Positions 40,391 to 49,299 of a stretch of DNA of 64,000 bases are shown here, one piece after another. Each line of letters begins with the position of its first letter. The stretch's first letter is position 1. A program made the position numbers and the translations under genes. This DNA comes from an uncultured Acidobacteriota bacterium (GTDB taxonomy: Bacteria > Acidobacteriota > Thermoanaerobaculia > Multivoradales > UBA5704): positions 3,104,001 through 3,168,000 of the forward strand of contig CAVYRF010000002.1 of assembly GCA_963770895.1 (NCBI GenBank), written 5' to 3'. Under the pieces are notes generated by a model that saw only the letters and a program-made list of their open reading frames with translations, made no database searches and had not been told where the DNA came from.

Positions 40391-41449
40391 TTATAGCGGC
40401 CGGTCGCGCGGCGCCACGGCCGGGCGCACCGACACCGGCGGCTCGCCGCGGTCGAGCGCGCCGTGGACCCGCTGCACCAGGGCGTACACCTCGGGCCGGG
40501 TGAGCTTGGCGCCCGGCCCTGCCGCTTCGACGCGGTCCAGCGTGGCATAGGCCAGCTCGACCGGCAGGGCGGTGAAGGCGACCACGCCGCGTTGGGCGCC
40601 GTGGCGCTGCAGCAGCAGCACGTACTCGGCGGCGGCGCGCAGGTTGGAGCGGGCCAGCGCCAGCACTTCGGCCCGCGGCACGTCTTCCGGCAGGTAGCGC
40701 CGTCCCTCGACGAAATCCGAGTCCGAGTCCTTCAGGATGTTGACCAGCTGCAGGCCCTCGCCAAACGCGCGCGAGCGGTCGCGGAGCGCCGCGGCGCCGG
40801 CGGCCAGCGCCGGATAGTTCAGCAGGAACAGCTCGGTCAGCAGCTCGCCGACGATGCCGGCGACGACGTAGCAATAGGCGCGCAGATCGTCCAGGTCGCG
40901 CAGCAGCAGCTGGCCGCGATCGTCGGTGCGCGCCACGAAGCCGGCCATGCCGCGCGCGGTGCGCAGCGTGTGCTCGCGCGTCAGCTCGACGGCGGCCGGC
41001 GCCAGGGCGAAGAAGGCGTCCAGCACCTGCGGGGTCTCGGCCAGCAGCTCGCGATACGCGGCCTGGTCGCACGGCACCTCGGCCGCCCAGGCGCGCGCCG
41101 TGGCGGCGATCTCGCGCCGGTCCGGCCGCAGCAGCAGGCGCTCGAACGTCGCGAGCGCCCCGATGCGCTCGCCGCGCGGCCAGCGCGCCGCATCCTCGAA
41201 CGTGTCGGCGATGCGGAACAGCAGGTACGCGATGGTGACCTGGCGGCGGGCCGGCTCGGGCAGGTGCGGAATCGACAGCGCAAACGTGCGGCTGGTGGCG
41301 ATCAGCAGCTGCTCCAGGTCGGGCCGCAGCTCGTCGGCCTCCTCGGCATTGGCCTGGTCGGGCCTTGCCGCCTGGTCGGCCTGGTCGCCCCCTGCGGCCG
41401 CACCGGCCCGCGGGTCGCCCTGCGCCTCGGTGTCGCCTCCGGCACCCAT
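40391..41449 (-). CDS. squalene synthase-like head-to-head prenyltransferase
   Basis: SRTF, FRIADTFED, YCYVVAGIVGELLTELF, GLQLVNILKD..D...GRRYLP. Confidence 0.88.
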   Translation of the reverse strand: MGAGGDTEAQGDPRAGAAAGGDQADQAARPDQANAEEADELRPDLEQLLIATSRTFALSIPHLPEPARRQVTIAYLLFRIADTFEDAARWPRGERIGALATFERLLLRPDRREIAATARAWAAEVPCDQAAYRELLAETPQVLDAFFALAPAAVELTREHTLRTARGMAGFVARTDDRGQLLLRDLDDLRAYCYVVAGIVGELLTELFLLNYPALAAGAAALRDRSRAFGEGLQLVNILKDSDSDFVEGRRYLPEDVPRAEVLALARSNLRAAAEYVLLLQRHGAQRGVVAFTALPVELAYATLDRVEAAGPGAKLTRPEVYALVQRVHGALDRGEPPVSVRPAVAPRDRPL

Positions 41450-41642
41450 GGGTCAAGGATACCAGGAGCGGCGCGGCGGACCGCCCCCTCGTCGTCTGGC
41501 GGCCCCGCCCGGCCCCGTCGACCCGCGCTGGCCCACGGCCAGGAGCGGCGGCAGCCGCTAGTGCGGGACACCAGATCGACTTTTTGTTTTTGGTAAGATT
41601 GTGGATCTGCGTTCAACGAATTGACCGGCGAGGGAGCTTTGG

Positions 41643-43664
41643 ATGTCTCGATGGAGGGTTCGTCATCTTTGCGCTCTGCGGGCGGCGCCGCGCCGCTGGG
41701 CTTGGGTCGTCACCGCCGTGGCGGTTGCCGCGGCCGCCGCGGCGCCGGCGCCCGGCGCGGCGACCGACTTTCCGCCGCTGACCGACCAGGAACGCGCCTT
41801 GACCGCCGTGCCCGGCCAGCCCAACGCGCCGGCGGTCGTGCTGTTCAGGAAAGGCGAGCTGCGGATGATGAACCCGGCGGCGGCCTCGCGTGAGGTCTCG
41901 TCGTACCTGCTGGTCGAGGAGCGGGTCAAGATCCTGACCGACGCCGGCCGCAGCCGCGGCAACGTGCTGGTCGCTCACAACGGCACGTTCCGGCTGGAAG
42001 GATTCGAAGGCCGCACCGTGCTGCCCGACGGCTCGGTCGTGCCGCTGCCCAAGGACGTCCAGTTTCGCAACGTGACGTCGCGCCTGCACAAGCAATCGGT
42101 GACGGCGGTCGCCTTTCCGGGCGTGGTCGCCGGCGCCATCCTGGACTATCACTACACCATCCGCTGGGACTCCTTCGTCTTTCTGGAGCCATGGATCTTT
42201 CAGGAGCGCATCCCGGTGCTGCACTCCGAGATCACCTACCTCATACCGCCGGCGCTGGGCGTCAAGGCCTGGCGGAGCGATCCGATGCAGGTCGGCATCC
42301 ACTCCGAAACCACCGCGGAGCGGGGCATGCAGCGGCTGCGGGCCTGGGCCGACAACCTGCCGGCGGTTCCCGAGGAGGCGTTCAGCCTGCCTTTTACCGA
42401 GGTGGCTGCCGAAGAGATGGTGCTGCCCACCGAGATCGCGCGCAGCGGCGCGCGCCTGGTGCCGCTGTTTGAGGACTGGGCCTCCACCTGCAAGCTCTAC
42501 GACACCTTTTACCAGGCGGCAAAGCGCAAGGACGGCGATGCCGCCCGTCAGGCGGGCGAGATCGCTGCCCGCGCGGCGAGCGCTCCGCCGGACGGCGGCG
42601 CCAGCCTGGAGCGCCGTCGAGCGGCGGCCATCTACGACTTCGTGCGCGACGAGATCGCCACCGTGCACGCCAACCGCGTCGGGGTGCCGCGCGACGCCGG
42701 CGTCGGCGCCGTCCTGACGGCGCGGCGCGGCGAGCCGGCCGAAAAAGCGCTGCTGCTGCAGGTGATGCTGGCGGCGGTCAAGATCGACTCCCGCCTGGTG
42801 TGGGCCGCCAACCGCGAGGACGGCGCAATCCATTTGGAGATCCCCAATCCGGCGTGGTTCGACCGCGTGCTGGTGGCTGCCCAGGTCGACGGCCGGCGGG
42901 TCTACCTGGACCCGTCCGACCGCTCGCTCTGCTTCGGCCACGTCGAGCCCGGTTACGAGGGCACCCAGGCGGTGCTCTACGATCGCGACAAGCCCGAGGT
43001 CATCACCCTTCCCGAGGCGCCGTTCGAGCAGAACGTGCGCCGCGCCAAGCTGGACCTGACGCTCGACGACACCGGGCGCGCCACCGGCACCGGCACCCTC
43101 ACCCTGTTGGGGCATCCCGCGTGGCAGCGGACGCGCTGGAAGGGTCCCGCCGCCGATGCCACCGCGTCGTGGCAGGAGCGGCTGCGCAAGGATTTTCCCG
43201 CCTACGAGATCAGCGGCGTGACGGTGACGGAGAGCCTGGACGAACCACAGGTGACGGTGCGCTGGGCGCTGGCGCAAAATGCCGACGAAGCGCTGGGGGA
43301 CCAGACCACCCTGGTGCCGAGCCGTCCGCTGGGGCCGCAGCGCCAGCCGTTCCCGATCGGCGCCAAGCGCCTGTCCGCCGTGGAGTTTCCGTTCGCCGAG
43401 CGCACCGAGGTCGAGCTGACCCTGCATTGGGCAGCCGGCTGGCGGCCCGAGGTGCTGCCGGCCGCGTCCCGGTATCAAACCTTCGCCGGCGCCATCCTCA
43501 CCAGCGTCGACGTGGACGCCGCCAACCGCACGCTCACCTACCACCGGCGCTTTGACGAAGCCCATTGGAAGATGGTGAGCGCCGAGCAGTTCGCAATGGT
43601 CCAGCAGCTCTTCGAGGAGGCGCAAAAGATCGATGCGCAATCGCTTGTCATTGCACGCCACTAG
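41643..43664 (+). CDS. secreted DUF3857/transglutaminase-like protein (catalytic residues degenerate)
   Basis: Signal peptide, DUF3857-type N-terminus (APAVVL, G.ILDY.Y, PW.FQ..IP); TGc region RRGEPAEKALLL, FDRV, YLDP. Confidence 0.8.
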   Translation: MSRWRVRHLCALRAAPRRWAWVVTAVAVAAAAAAPAPGAATDFPPLTDQERALTAVPGQPNAPAVVLFRKGELRMMNPAAASREVSSYLLVEERVKILTDAGRSRGNVLVAHNGTFRLEGFEGRTVLPDGSVVPLPKDVQFRNVTSRLHKQSVTAVAFPGVVAGAILDYHYTIRWDSFVFLEPWIFQERIPVLHSEITYLIPPALGVKAWRSDPMQVGIHSETTAERGMQRLRAWADNLPAVPEEAFSLPFTEVAAEEMVLPTEIARSGARLVPLFEDWASTCKLYDTFYQAAKRKDGDAARQAGEIAARAASAPPDGGASLERRRAAAIYDFVRDEIATVHANRVGVPRDAGVGAVLTARRGEPAEKALLLQVMLAAVKIDSRLVWAANREDGAIHLEIPNPAWFDRVLVAAQVDGRRVYLDPSDRSLCFGHVEPGYEGTQAVLYDRDKPEVITLPEAPFEQNVRRAKLDLTLDDTGRATGTGTLTLLGHPAWQRTRWKGPAADATASWQERLRKDFPAYEISGVTVTESLDEPQVTVRWALAQNADEALGDQTTLVPSRPLGPQRQPFPIGAKRLSAVEFPFAERTEVELTLHWAAGWRPEVLPAASRYQTFAGAILTSVDVDAANRTLTYHRRFDEAHWKMVSAEQFAMVQQLFEEAQKIDAQSLVIARH

Positions 43665-45714
43665 GCTGCCCTGGCGCGTCACCAGGTTGCCCTGGCGCTT
43701 CACCAGCTTCCTGCCGCGCGTCGCCGCGAGCCTCGGGTCCGCCGCTCCGGCGGCGGTCTGCGTCTGGCTGGCGCTGTGCGCCGGCAGGCCGCTCGGCGCC
43801 GCCACGGTGCTCAGCAAGACCGTCGAGGCCGACATCCATGGCGACGGCAGCCTGGTCGAGCGGACCCACCTGGAGGTGCGGATCGACAGCGCGGCCGACG
43901 TCCCGTCCTGGTCGAGGCATGCCGTCGCGATCAGCGAGACGCGCGAGCTGGGTGAGTTCTCCGCCTGGGTGCGCCAGGCGGACGGCCGCACGATCAAGGT
44001 GGGGCGCGACGGCTTCGACACCGCGGATGCGGCCGGAGGCGAGATCCTGACGTCCTCGCACAAGGTGCGCTGGGTGCGCTTGCCCGGTGTGACGCAGGGC
44101 GCGGTGGTGGGGATCGACTATGAGTGGACCGAACACCCCTATTTCCCGGTCGCGGTGATCGCCGTCGGCGGCGCGGACGCGATCGCCAGCTTGCGCGTGC
44201 ACGTGCGCGGTGGCGGCGCCGGCTGGCGCTGGCGGATCGACGGCCGCACCCCCGCCCTGGCGGTTGCCGAGGCGCCCGGCGAGGTGACCATCACCGCCTC
44301 CGGGTTGGCGCCGCGGTCGGTGCTGGAGCGGGAGCCGGACGAAGACCGGCGGGGGCCCGTGCTGTACTTTGGCTGGGGCGCCGCGGCGACCTGGGCGGAC
44401 GTCGGACGCTGGTACGACGGGATCGCCGGCGACCTGCCGCGGGGGCGCCAGGAGGTGCGGCAGGCGGCGCTCGGCCTCTTTGCCGCCGGCGGCGCGTCCG
44501 CCGGTGCGGCGGCCGCCGGCGTTGGCGGAGCGGCAACCGCGAGCGGCGCCGAACGGCGGCGGCGCCTCGACAGCGTGCTCGCCTTTCTGCGCCGCGACGT
44601 GCGGTACGTGGCGGTCGAGCTGGGAGTCGGCGGATACCGCCCGGCGGCGGCGCACGAAACGCTGGCGCGCCGTTGGGGAGATTGCAAGGCCAAGGCCGCG
44701 CTGCTGCTCGACATGCTGGCGGCGGCGGGCATCGAAGGCTACCCGGCGCTGATCAGGCCGGCGCCGGCGGGTCGCATCGATCCCGAGTTTCCGACCGCGA
44801 CGGTGTTCAACCACATGATCGTGGCGCTGCCGGTGGCCGGACTCGACATCGCCGCCGGCGATCCGGTCGCCGGCGGGTACCTGTTCGTCGATCCTACCCA
44901 GGAGCGCGGCGGCCTGGGTTGGTTGTATCCGGGCGACCAGGACCAGTGGGCGCTGGTGCTGCGCGGCGGGCGATCCGAGCTGGTGCGCACGCCGCTGTTG
45001 CCGCAGCTGGAAACCACCCAGCTATCGGTCGAGCTCACGGCGCGGCCGGACGGCGGCGCCGCTGGGCACCTCCAGCTGGATCTCAACGGTGCCCAGGCGG
45101 CGGCGCAGATCGAGCGCATGGGCAAAGAACGTCCCGAAGTCGTCGAGACGGAGGCCCGCCGCCTGGTCGCCGCCTGGCTGCCGGCCGCCACCATCAGCGC
45201 GCTGCGCTGGCAGGCCGACACCAAGGCCGACATCCCGCGCGCCACCCTCACCGCCGAGGTGGCGCTGCCGCTCCTGGTCGCCACCTCGGCCGCCGCCGGC
45301 GCGCCGGACGCGGCCGGCCCGGCGGCCGCGGCGAATGCGGCCGGGGCGGCGGATGGCGGCGTGGCGCACTGGCTCGCCCTGGGCGGACCCATGTCCACCC
45401 CCGCGCCCGGCCTGCTGCGCAACCGCGAGGTGCCGATCGTGTTCACGCCGCAGGTGGTCGAAAGCCGTTGGCGCATCGCCCTGCCGGCAGGCTGGTGCCC
45501 CGATCAGAGCGACCAGACGGCCGCGGACGGCGACGCGGTGGGCGCTTTCAGTCAGTCGCTGCGGTGCGACGGGGGCACCCTGGTCGTGGTGCGGCGCACC
45601 GAGCTGCGGCAGCGTTGGGTCGATCCCGGCCAGTTTGCCGGCCTGTCCAAGGTGGCGCTCGCCGAGCATCGCGCCGCCGCCCGCCGCCTGCGGCTCGACC
45701 GTCTGCGCGGCTAG
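43633..45714 (+). CDS. secreted DUF3857/transglutaminase-like protein (Cys-His-Asp intact); start uncertain
   Basis: VRYVAVELGVGGYRP, RWGDCKAK, FNHMI, FVDPT; a 21-bp tandem repeat (TRLPWR x2) near 43659-43700. Confidence 0.85.
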   Translation: MRNRLSLHATRLPWRVTRLPWRFTSFLPRVAASLGSAAPAAVCVWLALCAGRPLGAATVLSKTVEADIHGDGSLVERTHLEVRIDSAADVPSWSRHAVAISETRELGEFSAWVRQADGRTIKVGRDGFDTADAAGGEILTSSHKVRWVRLPGVTQGAVVGIDYEWTEHPYFPVAVIAVGGADAIASLRVHVRGGGAGWRWRIDGRTPALAVAEAPGEVTITASGLAPRSVLEREPDEDRRGPVLYFGWGAAATWADVGRWYDGIAGDLPRGRQEVRQAALGLFAAGGASAGAAAAGVGGAATASGAERRRRLDSVLAFLRRDVRYVAVELGVGGYRPAAAHETLARRWGDCKAKAALLLDMLAAAGIEGYPALIRPAPAGRIDPEFPTATVFNHMIVALPVAGLDIAAGDPVAGGYLFVDPTQERGGLGWLYPGDQDQWALVLRGGRSELVRTPLLPQLETTQLSVELTARPDGGAAGHLQLDLNGAQAAAQIERMGKERPEVVETEARRLVAAWLPAATISALRWQADTKADIPRATLTAEVALPLLVATSAAAGAPDAAGPAAAANAAGAADGGVAHWLALGGPMSTPAPGLLRNREVPIVFTPQVVESRWRIALPAGWCPDQSDQTAADGDAVGAFSQSLRCDGGTLVVVRRTELRQRWVDPGQFAGLSKVALAEHRAAARRLRLDRLRG

Positions 45715-45746
45715 CGTCAGCCGGCGGCCGGCGGGTGGTGCGGAAG

Positions 45747-45914
45747 CTAGTGGCCTGTATCAGAGGAATTGGTAGTGGCTGGCGCCGCCATTCGGCGGCG
45801 CGGGCAAGGCGCGCCGACGCAGGCATAGTCGAACCTATGTCGAGGAGGCGGAACGCAGCCCCCGCCGTCGAGGGCAAGCCAGGCGCTAGCGATTCCTCTG
45901 ATACAGGCCACTAG
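45747..45914. repeat. repeat A copy 1: 168-bp CTAG-bounded palindromic element
   Basis: Perfect 23-bp terminal inverted repeat CTAGTGGCCTGTATCAGAGGAAT / ATTCCTCTGATACAGGCCACTAG plus nested inner stems; second copy at 53347-53514. Confidence 0.9.
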
Positions 45915-46058
45915 TACTACAGTGTCACAAACTCGCACAGGCTGCCGTGCAAGTTATTCTGTCTCAGTACTTTGCGTATTTCAATTGAATACTTCTGAAA
46001 ATTTCGTGGAATTCAACGCTGGCAGGCTTTTTCTGCTGGCGTGACACAGTAGTACTAG
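45911..46058. mobile_element. repeat B copy 1: 148-bp AT-rich MITE-like element
   Basis: Ends CTAGTACTACAGTGTCAC / GTGACACAGTAGTACTAG (17/18 inverted match); CTAG on both sides; 147/148 identical to 53511-53658. Confidence 0.85.
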
Positions 46059-46879
46059 GCGGGGGCGATCACGGTGCCAGGCACCGGGTCGCCGCGCAGG
46101 GCGGCGGCGAGCAGGCCTGGGGTGGTGCCGTTGGCGATCAGCGAGGTGATGCCGCGGCCAGCCAGGGCCAGCGCGGATTCGACGCGGTGCAGCATGCCGC
46201 CGGTCACGTCGACGCCGGCGGCGCGGCCGCCGGCGCTGCGCAGCGCCGCCAGGTCGGCCGGCGCGACGCGCGCCAGGGTGCGGCCGGCGCCGTCGTAGAC
46301 GCCGTCCGTTTCGCCCAGCCAGACGATGCGGGCGACGCGCGGGCCTGGCGGGGTGAGCTCCCGGGAGAGCAGGTCGAACAGGCGCTCGGTCGAGCAGATG
46401 GCGACGCCCTGGTCGCGGTCGAGCACGACGTCGCCGTAGAGGACGGGCAGCAGGCCGCGTTGCAGGGCCAGCCGCAGCGGCTCGGTGGCGATGGTGAGGG
46501 GGCGGCCGGCGGCGGCGATCACCGAGCTGGACGGGGCGAGCGAAAAGGGCGACAGGCCGGCGCCGGCGAGCGCGTCCATCACCAGCCAGTGCAGGGCGGC
46601 GGCGCGGTTTTGGGTGAGCGAAACGCCCGCCAGCTGGTCGGCGCGCCGCAGGCCGGACGCCAGATCGTGGCGGTGCGCGGCGACGTGGCCGAAGGAGCCG
46701 CTGCCGTGGGCGACGACCAGGGCGCCGGCGAGCGCCGGGGTGGCGGCGACGGCGGCGGCGACCTCCGCCGCCAGGCGTGCCAGCGTCTCCGGGCGTACGG
46801 CTTCGACGGCGGCCTTGTCGGTGAGCAGGCTGCCGCCCAGCTTTAGCAGGGTCAGCTGGGTGGCGGCGGGTGGGCTCAT
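46055..46879 (-). CDS. ipk: isopentenyl phosphate kinase (amino-acid kinase fold)
   Basis: KLGGSLLTDK, HGSGSFGH (IPK signature His), PVLYGDV, ICS.E, DGVY, DVTGGM; its TAG is the CTAG end of repeat B. Confidence 0.9.
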   Translation of the reverse strand: MSPPAATQLTLLKLGGSLLTDKAAVEAVRPETLARLAAEVAAAVAATPALAGALVVAHGSGSFGHVAAHRHDLASGLRRADQLAGVSLTQNRAAALHWLVMDALAGAGLSPFSLAPSSSVIAAAGRPLTIATEPLRLALQRGLLPVLYGDVVLDRDQGVAICSTERLFDLLSRELTPPGPRVARIVWLGETDGVYDGAGRTLARVAPADLAALRSAGGRAAGVDVTGGMLHRVESALALAGRGITSLIANGTTPGLLAAALRGDPVPGTVIAPA

Positions 46880-46926
46880 GGGCGGTCGGCGGTCGGCGAT
46901 GGCCCCTGGTGGCGGCGGTCCGCCGT

Positions 46927-47928
46927 TCAGAACAGGTGCTCGCTGTCCGTTTCGGGGCCGCCGCCGACGCCGTCCTGGATGACGAAGCCCACCGCGGGCA
47001 CGTTCTCCAGGCGGTCGGCCACCTCTTCTTCGGAATCCGCGTCGCAGATGACGTGGACGTTGGCGCCGGCGTCCATGGTGGCCCAGGCGGCCAGCCCTTC
47101 CTGGCGCAGCTCGCGCACGGTGCGCAGCACGGCGACGGTGCCGGGAGACCAATAGAACACCGGCGGGCGCGACGACATGGCGATCAGGTGGAGGTCCACC
47201 GCCTCTTCCTCAAGCACCGGGCCCAGCTGGTCAAGCTTGCGCGCGGCGATGGCCTGGCGCACCTTGGCCAGGCGCTCGGGCAGCAGCTCCAGGCGGCGGC
47301 TGAGGTAGGGGCTGGTGATGGCGCGCTGGTGGCCCTCAAGGGAGGGCACGGACTTGGGGCCGATTTCGACCACCGCGATGACGTCGCGCAGGTCCCAGTG
47401 CTCGGCGTCGGCCAGCTGGACGGCGTGGCCGCTGTCGCTGCCGTCGCCCATCGTCCATTCGACGTAGCCGCCCAGAACCGACCGGGTGGCGGAGCCCGAG
47501 CCGCTGCTGCCGGCCAGGCGCGACAGCTCCGTCGGCGGCGTGTCGCCGCGCCCCAGGGCGCCGGCGGCGGCCAGCGTCAGGGCGGCGAAACCCGAGGCGG
47601 AGGAGGCCAGCCCGGCGGCGCTGGGGAAGGTGTTGCGCGTCGCGATGCGGAAATGCTCGGTGCGCCCGGCCCAGGCGCGGATGCGATCCAGGTGTTGCAG
47701 GATGCGGCGCGAAAACTGCGGCTCGGGGCTGCTGAAGCTGCCGTTCTGTTCGACCAGCCACACCTCGTCGCGGTCGCCGTGGATCGTCTCGGCGGTGCAG
47801 CGGGTGACGCAGTGGTCCAAGGTCATCGAGATCGAGCTGTTGAGCGGCTGCACCCGCTCCAGGTCGCGCGCGCCCCAATACTTGATGAAGGCGATGTTGG
47901 CGGGGGCGGAGATGGTGGTCTTGGTCAT
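46927..47928 (-). CDS. mvaD: mevalonate-(di)phosphate decarboxylase, probably phosphomevalonate-specific
   Basis: NIAFIKYWG, NSSISMTL, N.FP.AAGLASSASGFAAL, SGSA.RS, TMDAGANVH; ATGA overlap with mvk. Confidence 0.92.
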   Translation of the reverse strand: MTKTTISAPANIAFIKYWGARDLERVQPLNSSISMTLDHCVTRCTAETIHGDRDEVWLVEQNGSFSSPEPQFSRRILQHLDRIRAWAGRTEHFRIATRNTFPSAAGLASSASGFAALTLAAAGALGRGDTPPTELSRLAGSSGSGSATRSVLGGYVEWTMGDGSDSGHAVQLADAEHWDLRDVIAVVEIGPKSVPSLEGHQRAITSPYLSRRLELLPERLAKVRQAIAARKLDQLGPVLEEEAVDLHLIAMSSRPPVFYWSPGTVAVLRTVRELRQEGLAAWATMDAGANVHVICDADSEEEVADRLENVPAVGFVIQDGVGGGPETDSEHLF

Positions 47929-49187
47929 GAAACCTCCCGCCGGAAGCCGCCGGCACCCAGGTGTACGGAGTGAAGTGTGCAGCGGTCCATGAAGCGCCAC
48001 CCGGCGACGGTGGCAGGGCCGTCTGGATGGTATACGAGAAGCGACCCGGCGCCCGGTCCGGCGATCGATCCGGCGCCTGAGACCTTGGCGGCGCCGCCCG
48101 CCGCTTCCACCTGCCGCACCAGCGCGCGTACCGGGTGGGGCACGACGCCCAGCGCTTCCAGGCAGGCCTGGTGTTCGCGCAGCAGCGCCACCACCTGGTG
48201 CGGCTCCTCCTGCGGCAGGGCGAGCTGGGCGCGCAGCTGCTGGGCGGCGGCGGCCATGCGGTCGAACAGCGCATCCACCGCGGCGGGCTCGCGATCGCGG
48301 CGCGCCCGCACCGCCGCCACCACTTCACCGGTGGATTCGGGCGGCATGCCGGTGTGGTAGACGCGCAACCGACCGAGCAGCGGCGAGCCGGACGCCAGCC
48401 GTTCGGATGCCAACCCGCCGCCGTCCGGCAGCCGGCGCGCCCACAGCAGCCCGCCGTAGAGGCTGGTCGCCGTGTCGACGCCCGAGGGGAGGCCGTGCTG
48501 GCGGCGCTCCGCCTCCAGCGCCAGGCGCTCGATCGCGGCCTGGTCCAGAGCCGGCGCCGCGGGCGCCGGGTCGTCGCCGGCCGCCGACCGCCACGCCGCG
48601 TAGCCGGCGACCACCGCCACGGCGGCGGCGGCGGAGCTGCCGAAGCCCGAGCCGATGGGCAGCGCGGAATCGAGCCGCAGGCGCAGGCGGGGGGCGGTGG
48701 TGGCGGTCTCGCCCAGAGCGGCGGCCACTTCGCCCAGCGCCGCCTTGACGATGTGCGCCGGGTCGCCGCCGCGCATGGCCAGGAAGCCCGCCACGTCCGG
48801 GCGGGAGGCGTAGGCCGTCCAGCCGTCGCGCGCCGCCTGCGCGTAGGCCAGCACGTCGGCCCACGAAGCCGTCGTGTGGTGGGGCAGGCCGGGCAGGTCG
48901 ATGTCGATGTCGACGGCCGCCGCATCCGGTGGCGCGGTGGCGGTAGTGGCGGCGGCGGGCGCGGCGGCGGCGGGCGTCGCCGGCGCGAAGGTGGCGCGCA
49001 GGCGGAGGTCGATCGCGGCCACCAGCGCCGGCCGGCCGTAGACCACGGCGTGCTCGCCCATCAGGATCAGCTTGCCGGGGGTCGAAACGACCACCGGTCG
49101 GGCGGCGGCCTGGGACTGCCGGTGTGGCGCCGCCGCGGCCGTGCCGCTCGGGCTGGGCGCCGTCGTCTGGGGTTGCTCGGAAGTCAT
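47925..49187 (-). CDS. mvk: mevalonate kinase
   Basis: PGKLILMGEHAVVYGRPAL, PIGSGFGSSAA, E...HGLPSGVD, AKVSGAG. Confidence 0.92.
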   Translation of the reverse strand: MTSEQPQTTAPSPSGTAAAAPHRQSQAAARPVVVSTPGKLILMGEHAVVYGRPALVAAIDLRLRATFAPATPAAAAPAAATTATAPPDAAAVDIDIDLPGLPHHTTASWADVLAYAQAARDGWTAYASRPDVAGFLAMRGGDPAHIVKAALGEVAAALGETATTAPRLRLRLDSALPIGSGFGSSAAAAVAVVAGYAAWRSAAGDDPAPAAPALDQAAIERLALEAERRQHGLPSGVDTATSLYGGLLWARRLPDGGGLASERLASGSPLLGRLRVYHTGMPPESTGEVVAAVRARRDREPAAVDALFDRMAAAAQQLRAQLALPQEEPHQVVALLREHQACLEALGVVPHPVRALVRQVEAAGGAAKVSGAGSIAGPGAGSLLVYHPDGPATVAGWRFMDRCTLHSVHLGAGGFRREVS

Positions 49188-49299
49188 GCCAGGAGCGCTG
49201 CCGGGTGCCGGCGGCCTCCGCGCGCGACGACCGGCGTGCGCGCGGGGGCCAGGTGGGTTGGTCGGGGTCCTCGCAGTGTCCTGGCTGGGCTGGCTGGGC

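Noticed and set aside
38304-41456. 1050-aa ORF suggesting a squalene synthase-aminopeptidase fusion
   Set aside because: The synthase is in a different frame with its own stop; the upstream part of the long ORF is Arg/Ala/Gly noise, and the peptidase has its own signal peptide at 40331.
45747-45938. Short ORFs across repeat A on both strands and in both copies (ending TGH-stop)
   Set aside because: Substitutions track base pairing, not codon position; open frames are expected in GC-rich palindromes.
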